A DNA stretch of 63,765 nt, the filler included, from Octopus bimaculoides (taxonomy: Eukaryota), in assembly GCF_001194135.2 (NCBI RefSeq). It is 5 parts of 5 records of this genome, joined end to end, with 100 filler letters (N's around TTAATTAATTAA, not from the genome) between each part and the next. Parts side by side here need not be neighbours in the genome. Positions count along the whole stretch, not along the records: positions 7,893 to 12,936 come from NC_068999.1; positions 13,037 to 32,887 come from NC_068992.1; 3 more parts are not named here. One strand, written 5' to 3'. Below the pieces are notes generated by a model, which had not been told where the DNA came from, ran no database searches, and saw only the letters and a list, made by a program, of their open reading frames with translations. The position numbers were made by a program, and so were the translations under genes. This document shows, piece after piece, positions 9,641-22,214 of this stretch. Every line of letters begins with the position of its first letter. Within the stretch, counting starts at the first letter, position 1.

Positions 9641-11039
9641 GGGATGACGTAGTTTTCAGTTGAGAAGCAATGTTGGAAAGACGGTAATATCATTNNNNNN
9701 NNNNNNNNNNNNNNNNNNNNNNNNNNNNNNNNNNNNNNNNNNNNNNNNNNNNNNNNNNNNNNNNNNNNNNNNNNNNNNNNNNNNNNNNNNNNNNNNNNNN
9801 NNNNNNNNNNNNNNNNNNNNNNNNNNNNNNNNNNNNNNNNNNNNNNNNNNNNNNNNNNNNNNNNNNNNNNNNNNNNNNNNNNNNNNNNNNNNNNNNNNNN
9901 NNNNNNNNNNNNNNNNNNNNNNNNNNNNNNNNNNNNNNNNNNNNNNNNNNNNNNNNNNNNNNNNNNNNNNNNNNNNNNNNNNNNNNNNNNNNNNNNNNNN
10001 NNNNNNNNNNNNNNNNNNNNNNNNNNNNNNNNNNNNNNNNNNNNNNNNNNNNNNNNNNNNNNNNNNNNNNNNNNNNNNNNNNNNNNNNNNNNNNNNNNNN
10101 NNNNNNNNNNNNNNNNNNNNNNNNNNNNNNNNNNNNNNNNNNNNNNNNNNNNNNNNNNNNNNNNNNNNNNNNNNNNNNNNNNNNNNNNNNNNNNNNNNNN
10201 NNNNNNNNNNNNNNNNNNNNNNNNNNNNNNNNNNNNNNNNNNNNNNNNNNNNNNNNNNNNNNNNNNNNNNNNNNNNNNNNNNNNNNNNNNNNNNNNNNNN
10301 NNNNNNNNNNNNNNNNNNNNNNNNNNNNNNNNNNNNNNNNNNNNNNNNNNNNNNNNNNNNNNNNNNNNNNNNNNNNNNNNNNNNNNNNNNNNNNNNNNNN
10401 NNNNNNNNNNNNNNNNNNNNNNNNNNNNNNNNNNNNNNNNNNNNNNNNNNNNNNNNNNNNNNNNNNNNNNNNNNNNNNNNNNNNNNNNNNNNNNNNNNNN
10501 NNNNNNNNNNNNNNNNNNNNNNNNNNNNNNNNNNNNNNNNNNNNNNNNNNNNNNNNNNNNNNNNNNNNNNNNNNNNNNNGCAACAATCCATTCAATGCAA
10601 TTACTAGTTTGCATTGATATGGCGGTTATGGGGTGTGGCGGGCGGTAGTGGTATGGGAAATCTGATGATTGGTGGCGGTGGTGGCGGTAGTAGTAGTAGT
10701 AGTAGTAGTAGTTGTAGTAGTAGTAGTAGTAGTAGTAATAGTAGTAAAAGCAGAAGGAGAGAGAGGAAGAGATAAAGAGATGATGGCGATGTTCTTTAAT
10801 GGTACGGCAAGTGGTGAGCAAGCGAAGAAGAAACCTGTGACGAAATATCTTTCCAGTCTTGACCATCCCCCCGGAATCTTTTGTTTTGGGTGGGTCGGTG
10901 GGGGAGCAGAGACAGCCAGTAGAAATCAATATACAAATGTATTATCCAAATATAGCCGCCTTCTTTTTTTAAGACAGTAGTGTGTGATATGAAGGACATT
11001 TAGCTGCTATCACTAGTATCTTGAAAGACAGCGAATAGT

Positions 11040-11134
11040 CACACACACACACACACATACATATTTATACATAAATACACATACACACACATATGTATAT
11101 ATACATATATATACAAATACACACACACACACAC

Positions 11135-11186
<52 letters not shown>

Positions 11187-12067
11187 CATGTGCATACACA
11201 CACACATGCATACATAAATACACATATACATACATTTCTATACAAACGTACATACATATACATATATACACATATATGTATACATACATATGCACATATA
11301 TATATANNNNNNNNNNNNNNNNNNNNNNNNNNNNNNNNNNNNNNNNNNNNNNNNNNNNNNNNNNNNNNNNNNNNNNNNNNNNNNNNNNNNNNNNNNNNNN
11401 NNNNNNNNNNNNNNNNNNNNNNNNNNNNNNNNNNNNNNNNNNNNNNNNNNNNNNNNNNNNNNNNNNNNNNNNNNNNNNNNNNNNNNNNNNNNNNNNNNNN
11501 NNNNNNNNNNNNNNNNNNNNNNNNNNNNNNNNNNNNNNNNNNNNNNNNNNNNNNNNNNNNNNNNNNNNNNNNNNNNNNNNNNNNNNNNNNNNNNNNNNNN
11601 NNNNNNNNNNNNNNNNNNNNNNNNNNNNNNNNNNNNNNNNNNNNNNNNNNNNNNNNNNNNNNNNNNNNNNNNNNNNNNNNNNNNNNNNNNNNNNNNNNNN
11701 NNNNNNNNNNNNNNNNNNNNNNNNNNNNNNNNNNNNNNNNNNNNNNNNNNNNNNNNNNNNNNNNNNNNNNNNNNNNNNNNNNNNNNNNNNNNNNNNNNNN
11801 NNNNNNNNNNNNNNNNNNNNNNNNNNNNNNNNNNNNNNNNNNNNNNNNNNNNNNNNNNNNNNNNNNNNNNNNNNNNNNNNNNNNNNNNNNNNNNNNNNNN
11901 NNNNNNNNNNNNNNNNNNNNNNNNNNNNNNNNNNNNNNNNNNNNNNNNNNNNNNNNNNNNNNNNNNNNNNNNNNNNNNNNNNNNNNNNNNNNNNNNNNNN
12001 NNNNNNNNNNNNNNNNNNNNNNNNNNNNNNNNNNNNNNNNNNNNNNNNNNNNNNNNNNNNNNNNNNN

Positions 12068-12108
<41 letters not shown>

Positions 12109-12625
12109 CATATGTATAAATATATAAATACATACACACATAAAATATATACATACGCACAAAATATATACATATACTCACACACACATTGGTAATAATA
12201 TTAAGGTAAGCCGGTGCGAGTGTAAACAGACCGCAAAAGAGTCATAGTTGCCAGTTAAAAGGCACACAAACACACATCAACCAACAGATTCATTCTTATT
12301 TGTTTATTCGAAGCTTCTAATCGCTACGTAATGTGTCAGAAACGTCTGGTCCACGACCTGCAGGTCTCTGACACGATCTCGATGCATCTACTGCAAGTTA
12401 GTCATTTTTATAGGCCGCAGGGGAGATTTGCTTGCTCGATTTTCATAGAAATCATTTTACGATTCTTTCTTTTCTTGATTCTTTAAAAATAAATAACAGC
12501 TTTCGAATACACATACATACACACACATATACATACATACACGCACACACACACTTATATATACACACACACACACACATATATATACACACACACACAC
12601 ACATANNNNNNNNNNATATATATAT

Positions 12626-12659
<34 letters not shown>

Positions 12660-12893
12660 CATGTGCATACACACACACATACATACATAAATACACATAT
12701 ACATACATTTCTATACAAACGTACATACATATACATATATACACATATATGTATACATACATATGCACATATATATATACACATATACATATACATACAT
12801 ATGCACATATATATACACATATACATATATACACATATATATATACATACATATGCACTTATATATATATGTATGTATATATATATATGTATA

Positions 12894-12936
<43 letters not shown>

Positions 12937-13350
12937 NNNNNNNNNNNNNNNNNNNNNNNNNNNNNNNNNNNNNNNNNNNNTTAATTAATTAANNNNNNNN
13001 NNNNNNNNNNNNNNNNNNNNNNNNNNNNNNNNNNNNATACATAAATAAAAACATACATACACATATATACATAAATACACACATATATATAAATACATAT
13101 AACACATATAGACCAAAACATAGACACTACCACATATATATATATACATAAATATATATCTACACATACACACATGTACCTACCAAAACATACATATAAA
13201 AACAAATACACTCATACACACATATAATGAATAAAGAATAATATATATAAATACACACTCACCCTCCTATGCTCTCAAATATACATATTATATAGATACA
13301 CATATACAGACATATATACATACATATAAAAATACACATATATACACATA
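11040..13350. repeat. Long (TA)n/(CA)n/(TACA)n compound microsatellite block with gaps
   Basis: Direct reading; a unique island sits at 12190-12505. Confidence 0.9.
12405..12412 (-). promoter_or_regulatory. Possible TATA box (TATAAAAA)
   Basis: Minus strand GGCCTATAAAAATGAC within a CpG-containing unique island. Confidence 0.3.
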
Positions 13351-16190
13351 TTTAAGTTGATACACAGAAGCGTTGGGAAATTCACTGACAAGAAGAAGCA
13401 ATCAGATACAGTTGTTGTATTGAACGTGGCAGAAAACATTCTACCAAAGATTAACCACATTTTGTCTTAGAATTGTTAGTATCTGTAAAAGTGTTGCAGA
13501 AATGAAACTTAAGACGTTGGACCAGTCAGCACTGATGTTCACCCATAACATCATTACGTGCTGTCAAAACCAAATATCATTTGCAACATCAACCCAAGAA
13601 GACAACAGACGCACACCCGACACATTATTCAAAGGATGTCCAGATATTCTGAGTTTGGTACTTACTGTTCATCAAAGAACAAATAACTAATAGAAATCCT
13701 TTATTGACAGCGCGATTGTGTATCATGCGGCTGGTAACTGCTCTTGGGAATGACTATAGCCAATATTTTTAAAGAAATCATAGCATGATTCTCATTCTTT
13801 CACAAAAAATCCCTTTATTTTCTTACCGTTTGATATCACATAGTTGGCCTAAGATATACTAATGGGAAAGGTACTATATGCTAGTGGTGTATCAAAAAGT
13901 CAGCACTCCTCTGGAAGACATTGTTCATAGTCTGGAATTTAGGGAAGCAAAGAATATGATGCTACATATCATGTGCCCATGAAGCCATACAGCTAACCCA
14001 AGCCATACACCTAACCTGACCCAAGAGACCTTAGGAACAGGGGTTACTGACTACTTTCGACTGGGTCATGGTATCAGCCCTGACCAGAAAAAATTATTAT
14101 AAACAGACCAATATCACCGATTGAACTAGATTAGAATCATTCGTGCCAGATGGCTGATCTTTCACCCAGCTGTTGCGTACTAGTAGTCCAAAAAGCTGAC
14201 AGTAGTTCTATAAGCGTTCCATTTGAATAACTTGGTCGCTGATGAAGAACAACCAACAGTTATCGAAGTCACTGTATTTAATGAACGACTAAGAAAAAAA
14301 CTTGTCTTCCCAAGCTGGATCAGCTACACATAAGTGTTAGATATATTGAGAGCACTAGGTACATACATAAAAAATTCTGGGATTGTTGATGCATACATTG
14401 TGGCTTTATACGGCTACACTGCAATATAAGACACTTCGTCCATAGATAAATGGTTGTACATGAATTTCTTATAGACAGGTTCCTCACAGAAAAGCCAAAA
14501 CTCACATCCATCAACTCAATGCCAGTGAATACACTGTAAGTCTGGAACACCTGCATTAGATTAGTACAAAAACATGAATTTCATATGCCTCATTATTAAG
14601 CCCTTTGGGAACACAGAAAGCAAAAAAATGTTCTGATGTGATGTTAAAACCAATAACAAATTATCTTCAAGATGAAACCATTCTGTTTTGCGTCAGTTTC
14701 AAAAAATACTCACCTAGTACTGTACTAATAAGCAAGAGATCCGTAACCAGTCGGTGAACTTATGATTTCAGCTATATGGAACTAGGATATCGGTTAAAAG
14801 AATGCAGCCGGGAACCATGAACTTTTTGACAAATCGAATTGTGTGGTAAAGTTGAAAAAAATCATCAGACACTTTCAGAGTGTATAAGTGCAATTGTCTG
14901 AGAAATTTTCTGGACAAGCAAAAATATTTTCTCTACCTTCTGAGATTCATAAAATTCCCATTGAGTAGGGCTCATCCAACAAATGACAAATAAACCTGTC
15001 ATAGATCTTGGTCAACAAGGTCAACAATTCAATGGCAGATTTCTGGCGTTGACAGCGAATTTGGAAGACGATTATCTGGTCATTAACACCCACAAAGCAG
15101 ATGCATTAATGCAAAAAACAAAGGAGAACCGACGTCAAGGTATACACCCTTTCAGTATTAATCTGCTGACGATACAAGCATTAAACACACATCAATGGAA
15201 TGTTGTCTATCTCATGAGCAGGTGAAAGTTGATCTAACCGAATACGTAGCACAATCTGTACTCAAGAATAACGAAGAACTTCCAAATGTTAGGCATGGTT
15301 TCAACATCAGGCCGCACAAGAAACAACCATGACATTATGTTTAAAGATAAAAATTGATTAACTGCTTAACCTACAACTGCATTAAAGTGCTGTCTAGAAG
15401 CATGACTGGCCTTCATCAAAACAGATACCAATGTCATGTTCTGGTTTTTGTTCACTTCGACTAGATCTGAAAACAATATGGCGTTTATTGTATCAAGTAT
15501 GTTGGCGACTGAGCTAATCTATAGTACACTGGAAATAGGAAAAACAGCAGCATCACTGATAATTCTACGCATTGGTTGAAGGAGATACTAGCAAATGGTA
15601 CTCTGGAAACATGCAAAGCAAAGTGGTTTGAAATGTATATGAAAATAGATATGAAGATTATCTCTTCGCTAATGAAACTGACAGAGGAAGTGACCTAATA
15701 CGGGTGAAGAATACATTGACAAGCTTTGTATGCTTAATGTCCTGCCAAAATGTTATCTATATAACAAGTATTATTGACATAAGACGGCATCTATTTTGGC
15801 AGAAATCAACAAGTTGCTTCTTACAGTTAGTACTCCTATCTCTGATGAGCACAATGAACGTGTATCCGCAGAGAGAGATGAGTGAACTGAAAAACTACCA
15901 GGGATACGAAACTACGGCTCATTGAAACATGATTATTCTTAGAATACTCTTAGTATTGTACTTCCTACCATCACTATGATTTCAACTGATTCAAACACTG
16001 GTGTATAATTGGTTGTATGTCAGAATAAACCCAATTCCATGGTATTCATGCAGGCAGCACCATTTGGCTTGGAGAGTTTTTTTATGTAGAGGTACCTTCG
16101 AAAATGTCGGAAAATCTAATGCCAAATGATACTCGAAACAGTGATGAAGATCTGTAAAATCATATTCCTGAACGATACATGCAAATTAGA
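13350..16190 (+). mobile_element. Heavily decayed large-ORF element of an unclassified invertebrate family (DUF6589-like + PIN/FEN-like motifs)
   Basis: Broken translations VADEE (14235), P(x)LDQLHI..LRALGTYIKNSGIVDAYIVALYG (14310-14415), KTDTNV (15418), YALVEGDTSK (15566-15595), in the order recalled for this family. Confidence 0.5.
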
Positions 16191-16208
16191 TCTTCTGTAG
16201 AGAACGAA

Positions 16209-16409
16209 TACTCTCTTACTCTTTTACTCTTTTACCTGTTTCAGTCATTTGACTGCGGCCATGCTGGAGCACCGCCTTTAGTCGACCCCAGGACTTATTC
16301 TTTGGAAGCCTAGTACTTATTCTATCGGTCTCTTTTGCCGAACCGCTAATTAAGCGGACGTAAACACACCACCATCGGTTGTCAAGCGATATTGGGGGGA
16401 CAAACATAT

Positions 16410-16480
<71 letters not shown>

Positions 16481-16634
16481 TACGACGGGCTTCTTTCAGT
16501 TTCCGTCTACCAAATCCACTCACAAGGCTTTGGTCGGCCCGAGGCTATAGTAAAAGACACTTGCCAAAGGTGCCACGCAGTGGGACTGAACCCGGAACCA
16601 TGTGGTTGATAAGCAAGCTACTTACCACACAGCC
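16209..16634 (-). mobile_element. Family B SINE, near full length
   Basis: Head rc GGCTGTGTGGTAAGTAGCTTGC...GGGTTCAGTCCC; tail (TAAAAGAG)n; internal (TA)n. Confidence 0.92.
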
Positions 16635-17429
16635 AACAAGGTTGCTTTCTTGTTTTATAAAACCATATCCATAACTTCAAAGGACTTGAAAAATACAATA
16701 CACTTATAGTGCAAATGTAAAACAAAGGTTTCAAATTACTTTGTTGCTGAGAACTACTTTGTTCATGAGAACTACTTCAAAGCCTTCATTAGATACCCTG
16801 ACCCAGAAAATGCAGAATATTTTTATAGTAGCAATTTTGATCATCTACAATGATGACCATGCAAATACCAACTTCAATATATATCTTTTTCGAACTTTTA
16901 TAACTCGAAGTTTGAAGGAAATATTTTTTAGCGTAGTGAACCCGACCAGATATTTCACAATAAGTGTTATAATGCGCAGGGGCGTTTGCATGAAGGACAA
17001 TTAAAGCAAAATCTAAGGAATAGACAATCATTACGGTCGCTGAACTATAAAGTATTTCATTTTCCTTTTTTATCAATTCAATAAATGGCCTAGTCTCGGA
17101 GTAAAAGTAGATTTTACCAATGATTGAGAAATTAGTTGAGCTGTTTTATTAATTAAATTAGTTCTTAAACTGATACAAAGGGTACATAACGAGAATCGGG
17201 AATTCAATTTTGTCATGTTAATCGAAACCCAATTCTTTATCAGGATAACTTCTGAGAAAAATAACAACACAATAATTTGGAGATACCAAAGAACACAAGA
17301 ATGTCGGTGTACACTGAAGCACAAAATTGTTGGTAATTTTGAAAGTAGGAAAAAGAAGTTTTCGTTTGAAAACTAGTAAAATACCTTTATATAGAGCTTT
17401 GCAAATAGTTTAATTATCAAAGTGGATAC

Positions 17430-17560
17430 TGCAGTGGTGGATGTTATCATGAGACCGAAATATTTAAATACTGATGGATACATTGTTGCTTAACAGAGTC
17501 AGCATCGAATCCTGGTGTGTGAGCTTCTTTTCTTTGACGACCTGGTCATAATTTTGTTCC
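17430..17560 (+). mobile_element. Possible RTE-type LINE RT scrap
   Basis: CELLFFDDLVII resembles the ELLYADDLVL RT motif; very short. Confidence 0.3.
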
Positions 17561-17684
17561 CTCAATTTTTTATAAAGCAAATATATTGGCTGTACGTATT
17601 TTTACGAAATATAAACCGTATCTTTTTTAACATATAGAGCATTCGAACACCAAATATATGCTATATCTTGAAACTGCTTTAGTT

Positions 17685-17896
17685 TAAAACTTTGGCACAA
17701 GGTCAGCAATTTCGGGGGAGAGGATAAATCGATTATATCGACGCCAGTGGTCAACATGGTACTTATTCCATCGACCCCGAAAAGATAAAAGGCAAAGTCA
17801 AACTTGGAAGAATTTGAACTCAGAACGTTAAGACGGACGAACTACCGCTAAGCATTTTGCCCGGCGTTATGACGATACTGCCAGCTCTCTGCCTAA
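17685..17896 (-). mobile_element. Family A SINE, full length
   Basis: Complete tail-to-head match to other copies. Confidence 0.9.
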
Positions 17897-17997
17897 GTCT
17901 TTCGAAACATTATTGCATAATATGTATAATACTCAAAAAAGTTAATTTATTAACATCTTTCTTTGAGACATTTTGCTACTTATTTACTGCTCGAAAC

Positions 17998-18200
17998 AGT
18001 GGTCTGAAAAAATCGCCTGAGGCGGGTAAAACACCTTGTACTGACTCTTTACGTTCGGAGTTCAAATTCGACCGAGGTTAAATGCACCTTTCATCCTTCT
18101 GTGGTCGATAAAATATTAAAAAAAACATATAGTAGAGTATTGAGTTTGATGTAATCGATTAAACCCTACCCACCAAACTGGTGTGTCTAATTTAGAATCA
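17998..18200 (+). mobile_element. Family A SINE, degenerate
   Basis: GGAGTTCAAATTCGACCGAGG...TTTCATCCTTCTGTGGTCGATAAA. Confidence 0.7.
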
Positions 18201-18212
18201 GTTATATATTGA

Positions 18213-18420
18213 TTTCAAATTTTGGTACAAGGTCAACAATTTCTGGGTAGTTGTAAGTCGATTATATCGACTCCAGTATTCAACTGGTACTTATTTTATC
18301 GACTCTGAAAGGACGAAAGGCAAAGTCGACCTCCGTGGAATTGAACTCCGAACGTAAAGACAGATGAAATACCGCTAAGTATTTTCCCGGCGTACTAAGG
18401 ATTCGGAGCTCGCTGCCTCA
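18213..18420 (-). mobile_element. Family A SINE, full length
   Basis: Tail TTTCAAATTTTGGTACAAGG to head GCTCGCTGCCTC. Confidence 0.88.
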
Positions 18421-18555
18421 GGAAAAATTACATACTAAGAGCTAGAAAAGTAAAAATCAAAGTCATACAAAAATGTTCGTTATCAAAAATATAAATCGAT
18501 TGCATCTACTCATAATTTTTGTTTTAGGTTCGATGAGGAACAAAGCAAATGATAT

Positions 18556-18750
18556 TCTTTTCTCCTCTAGGCACAATGCTCTAAATTTTGAGGGAGGGGG
18601 CCAGTCGATTAGATCGACTCCAGTACGCAACTGATACTTAATTTATCGAACCGCATGGAGGAAAGGCAAAGTCGACCTCGGCAGAATTTGAACTCAGAAC
18701 GTAAAGACAGCCGAAATGCCGCAAAGCATTTCGCCCGGCGTGCTAACGTT
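18556..18750 (-). mobile_element. Family A SINE, 5'-clipped
   Basis: Matches body; head ends at GCTAACGTT. Confidence 0.85.
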
Positions 18751-18819
18751 CCTACCCGAAGATGCACTTGTCTATTTCCATAGCCAAGTGTTTGAAGTAG
18801 CGGAAGCCGCAGAATTGAG

Positions 18820-18950
18820 AGTTTAGGGTTAAGATTTATGGTTAGGGTTAAGATTGGCAGTTTCTGGTTTGGGATTAAGGTTAGGTCTAAGGTTAGGGTT
18901 AAAGGTTACAGCTAAGGGTTAAGACTGGAAATAATGGTTTAGGTTTCTGA
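18820..18950 (+). repeat. Degenerate TTAGGG-like tract
   Basis: TTTAGGGTTAAG, GGTTAGGGTTAAG, GGTTAGGTCTAAGGTTAGGGTTAAAGG. Confidence 0.65.
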
Positions 18951-20006
18951 CGCAGAAACGAAAATCAGAGCCTCTTGAAAAGGCAGAATTTATGGTTGTT
19001 GATTGTTTTTTTCATTTAATTTCCGAATTATTACATTTTGCCTTCTGCTTTTACGGGTTATATAAAATTTTCTTTTTTATTTCATTAAACTTTTATCTTC
19101 GAAGTTGTTTCGTAATATTTTTCATTTTGCTTCATTAATTTCTTGTTATCAGTCAAAAGAAGCATCTTGCAAGGTTTAGTAATGTTTTCATCTTAATGTC
19201 AGCATCACATGGAAATTGCCACTTCCGGTATATCGATATGTGATGCGCCTTAATGGCTAAAATTTCATACGTGAAAAGCTTGCGGCGTTTTTATGAACAC
19301 TTTCTTTGAAAAATGTCTGTAACTTTCGTCATTAATATAGAAAACTGCATCAGTGTAGAAAATTTGAACAAAATTGCATGGTGCGAACGAAGACACAAAA
19401 GCCCATGAAATATATTAATTCATACTCCTTGCAGTATCTACTGATCTTGTATTTTATCTTAATCTGTAGTTAAAATGAAATGTGTCTATCAACAATGTAT
19501 TCACATGGTTGTAGTTGAATGTTGTTTACGCAACATACTCTGTGTTTCTTTCAATTTATTTGGTGAACATGATAATTTTCTTAAATACTTGTAGAAGAAA
19601 CCCTTAAAAGTTTTCAGTTCAGTTTCAAAATTCTTAATTTCTGATATCACCATATTGTACTTATCTTTCCTTATCTTTCTTTAAGTTTTTTGTTTCTTTC
19701 TCTCCTTTTTCTCTCACGCTATTGCTCTTTCTTTGTCTCTATCTCTTTCTCTTCCTCTCCCCCCTCTCTCTCTCTCTCTCTCTCTCTCAAGAAAGATAAA
19801 ACAACACTCGATGCCGAGAAGAGAGAGAGAGTGTGTGTGTCTGTGTGTGTGTATGTGCGTGTACGTGTACGTGTGCGTTCGTGCGTGTGTGTGCATTATG
19901 GTTATGACAGCTCGAATTTCACATCTCGTTATTCGAATTACTCGTTTCTGAATATCAAACTAGAGAAAAGAATGCATTGCTAGTGTTCCGTTACTCACAA
20001 TGTATG

Positions 20007-20015
20007 CAGGTAAGT
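20007..20015 (+). promoter_or_regulatory. Consensus splice donor CAG|GTAAGT ending a putative first exon
   Basis: Perfect donor at 20010, preceded by ATG TAT GCA G (20000-20009) and a (CT)n/(GT)n UTR-like stretch. Confidence 0.4.
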
Positions 20016-20407
20016 GCCCAGAGAAAAGTATCTGTCGCAGGTATAAAAGATAGTACGAGGAGAAAAAATAAAAATAAAGAAAAAAGTAAAAAGCATGCAT
20101 TTTCACGAAAGGTTCCCGGGTAGAGGAAATTTTTGCATGCTTACGTGCAGCTTGACTTTTGGGATTAAATCTAAACTGAAAGCGAGTGATAGATTGTAAA
20201 ATTGCGAAGCCGTAAATTGCACGGTCAAGTGTTCATATTCTCTGCCATCCTGCACATTTCAGTAATATTTCGAAATGATAAATGTCGCAGGTGACTCGCA
20301 TGCACACCAATGTACTCTTTATATAACACACACTGTCAAAGTTCCCCAAGGATGGTATATGAAACAAATGAGAAAAGCAAAATCAAAGGAAAGAGTAAAA
20401 TACAATT

Positions 20408-20535
20408 GTGTGTGCGTGTGTGTGTGTAAACGGGTTTGTGTACGTGTGTGTGAGTGTGCGTGAGTGTGTGTGTGTGTGTGTGTGCGTGCGTGCGTGTGTA
20501 AACGTGTTCGTGTACGTGTGTGTGAGTGTGTGTGA

Positions 20536-20596
<61 letters not shown>
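20408..20596. repeat. (GT)n microsatellite with ~74-bp higher-order duplication
   Basis: GTGTGTAAACG.GTT.GTGTACGTGTGTGTGAGTGTG occurs twice. Confidence 0.9.
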
Positions 20597-20598
<2 letters not shown>

Positions 20599-20869
20599 GA
20601 TATGTAGAATTGTATGTGATTGAAACAAAATAGTCTGAAAGTTAAATGATAGATTGTAAATTGCACATCCCAGTAACCAAGCCCAGTTATACACGTTTCA
20701 ATAACATTTCGAAATGCTAAGTATTACGGATGATTTACGTTTTGACATAGAATAAACATTAAATACAATATGTTATGAAGATTTTCTATAAAAATAATAT
20801 CTAACAACAAATAACAAATAACACAATGTAACACATGTTTTGTTTATTTGTATTTTTTAATGTTCATAT

Positions 20870-22214
20870 ATGCATTTTTTGCCACTAAACTTAAAAATCA
20901 GTGGGGGTAATAAGATTTTGTTGGAATCTACTAGAAGCTGTTGGAGAACATTTAACATTCCTGGCTGCAGTTCCACTCGTGGGGGCCAATGTAATGATGA
21001 TCATCAGCTCTGCTGTCCCACAAGCAAAAGAAACATGAATACTTTGTGTATCCCCCTTGCAAGCCAAGCAAGAAGGCAATCATCTTGAAATCACCACAAA
21101 CATCCTACTTGAACTCAGCGTAATTTATTTTGTTGGGAAGTTGACAATATTGTAATTTTCTTTCTTCTGTGTGGAGTGTGCAAGAGGCAAAGAAGGATAT
21201 TTATTTCCATTGTGAAACAACTCTGCTTTGAGACTTCGAGTTGAGCTATCTATGAACAGTCGCCATTCTGCAGAATCATGCTTTAGTCCAACAGCAGTAA
21301 ACGAACCAATCACATCTTTACAATAACAAAGATCATTAATATTTTCATAGTAAATTTCAAATTCTTCATGGTGTTTCCGGTACACAGATGTCTTGCAGTC
21401 TTCCCCCAGTAGATTCCATTCCTTCAACCTTGAAGAAAGAAGTTCAGCTCCCAGATCACTGATTAAATCATCTAGCTCACTCTGATTTGGAAAGTGAGGC
21501 TCCGAAGTCATTCTTGGTACGAAAGCTTCCTCCATTTCTTGGCTGCTGCTACTTGTTGACTCTTCAGATGAAATATTTTCTGGTGGTAGTGGTATTCGTA
21601 AACTGTCATCATGTGAGACAGGTTCTCTAGATGATGGTATGTCTGGATACTGAAGGGCTTTCTTCCTTTCACTTTGTCACATTAATAGTAACAATCATCG
21701 TGATGGTTCTTTGGCTCTCTCCATATCCTTGGAGTGGCAAAAGGCATTAATCTTCCTGTACCTCTTAACCCTCCTTCTAGAGTAGATCGATAGCTTCCAC
21801 ATATCACATGTGGGGCCCATGGTTTGTCCTGTTCACCCATGGGCATTGCGAAATAGAGTCTGTACACTATCCACAATTTGGCACCTTTCACAATCTTATA
21901 TAATACCTGCTTTTTTCCAATATAATAACCACACACATAGCAAAATGTATCTGGAGAATTTTACATACTCTAGTAGCCATCCTGAAAGTAGCAGAACTTA
22001 GTAATTGGTCTGAAAGGGAAGATTAGACGTACATTTAGTAGCGGAATATTATAACAATACCGAATATATAATAACATTGAAATGTGATATATTTTTTTAA
22101 CTGTTGATGATACACAAAAAATAATTTCAATTTTTTTGAATCATCAGAAAAAATGGATTGATAAACAATAAAAAATACAATAAACAATTGTTTTTTGAAA
22201 ATTGTTACGTTGTG
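20870..22214 (-). mobile_element. Chapaev (CMC superfamily) DNA transposon relic, 3'-deleted
   Basis: Chapa-type Zn motif CG..GEQDKPWAPHVIC..WREPKNHHDDCYY; ELLSSRLKEWNLL; WRLFIDSSTRSLKA..HNGNKYPSLP; LLGLQGGYTKYSCFFCLWDSRA; 5' end rc CACAACGTAACAA. Confidence 0.8.

Noticed and set aside
12333-12374. GAAACGTC plus hairpins resembling a permuted hammerhead
   Set aside because: Required CUGANGA reads CTGCAGG and stem II geometry does not fit
14238-14275. CTGATGAAG...GAAG hammerhead-like string
   Set aside because: Lies in the coding motif ADEEQ of the decayed element; stems do not pair
20692-20712. CAC-starting sequence as left TIR of the Chapaev element
   Set aside because: It is part of a local duplication (20190-20300 vs 20648-20745) and there is no TSD match
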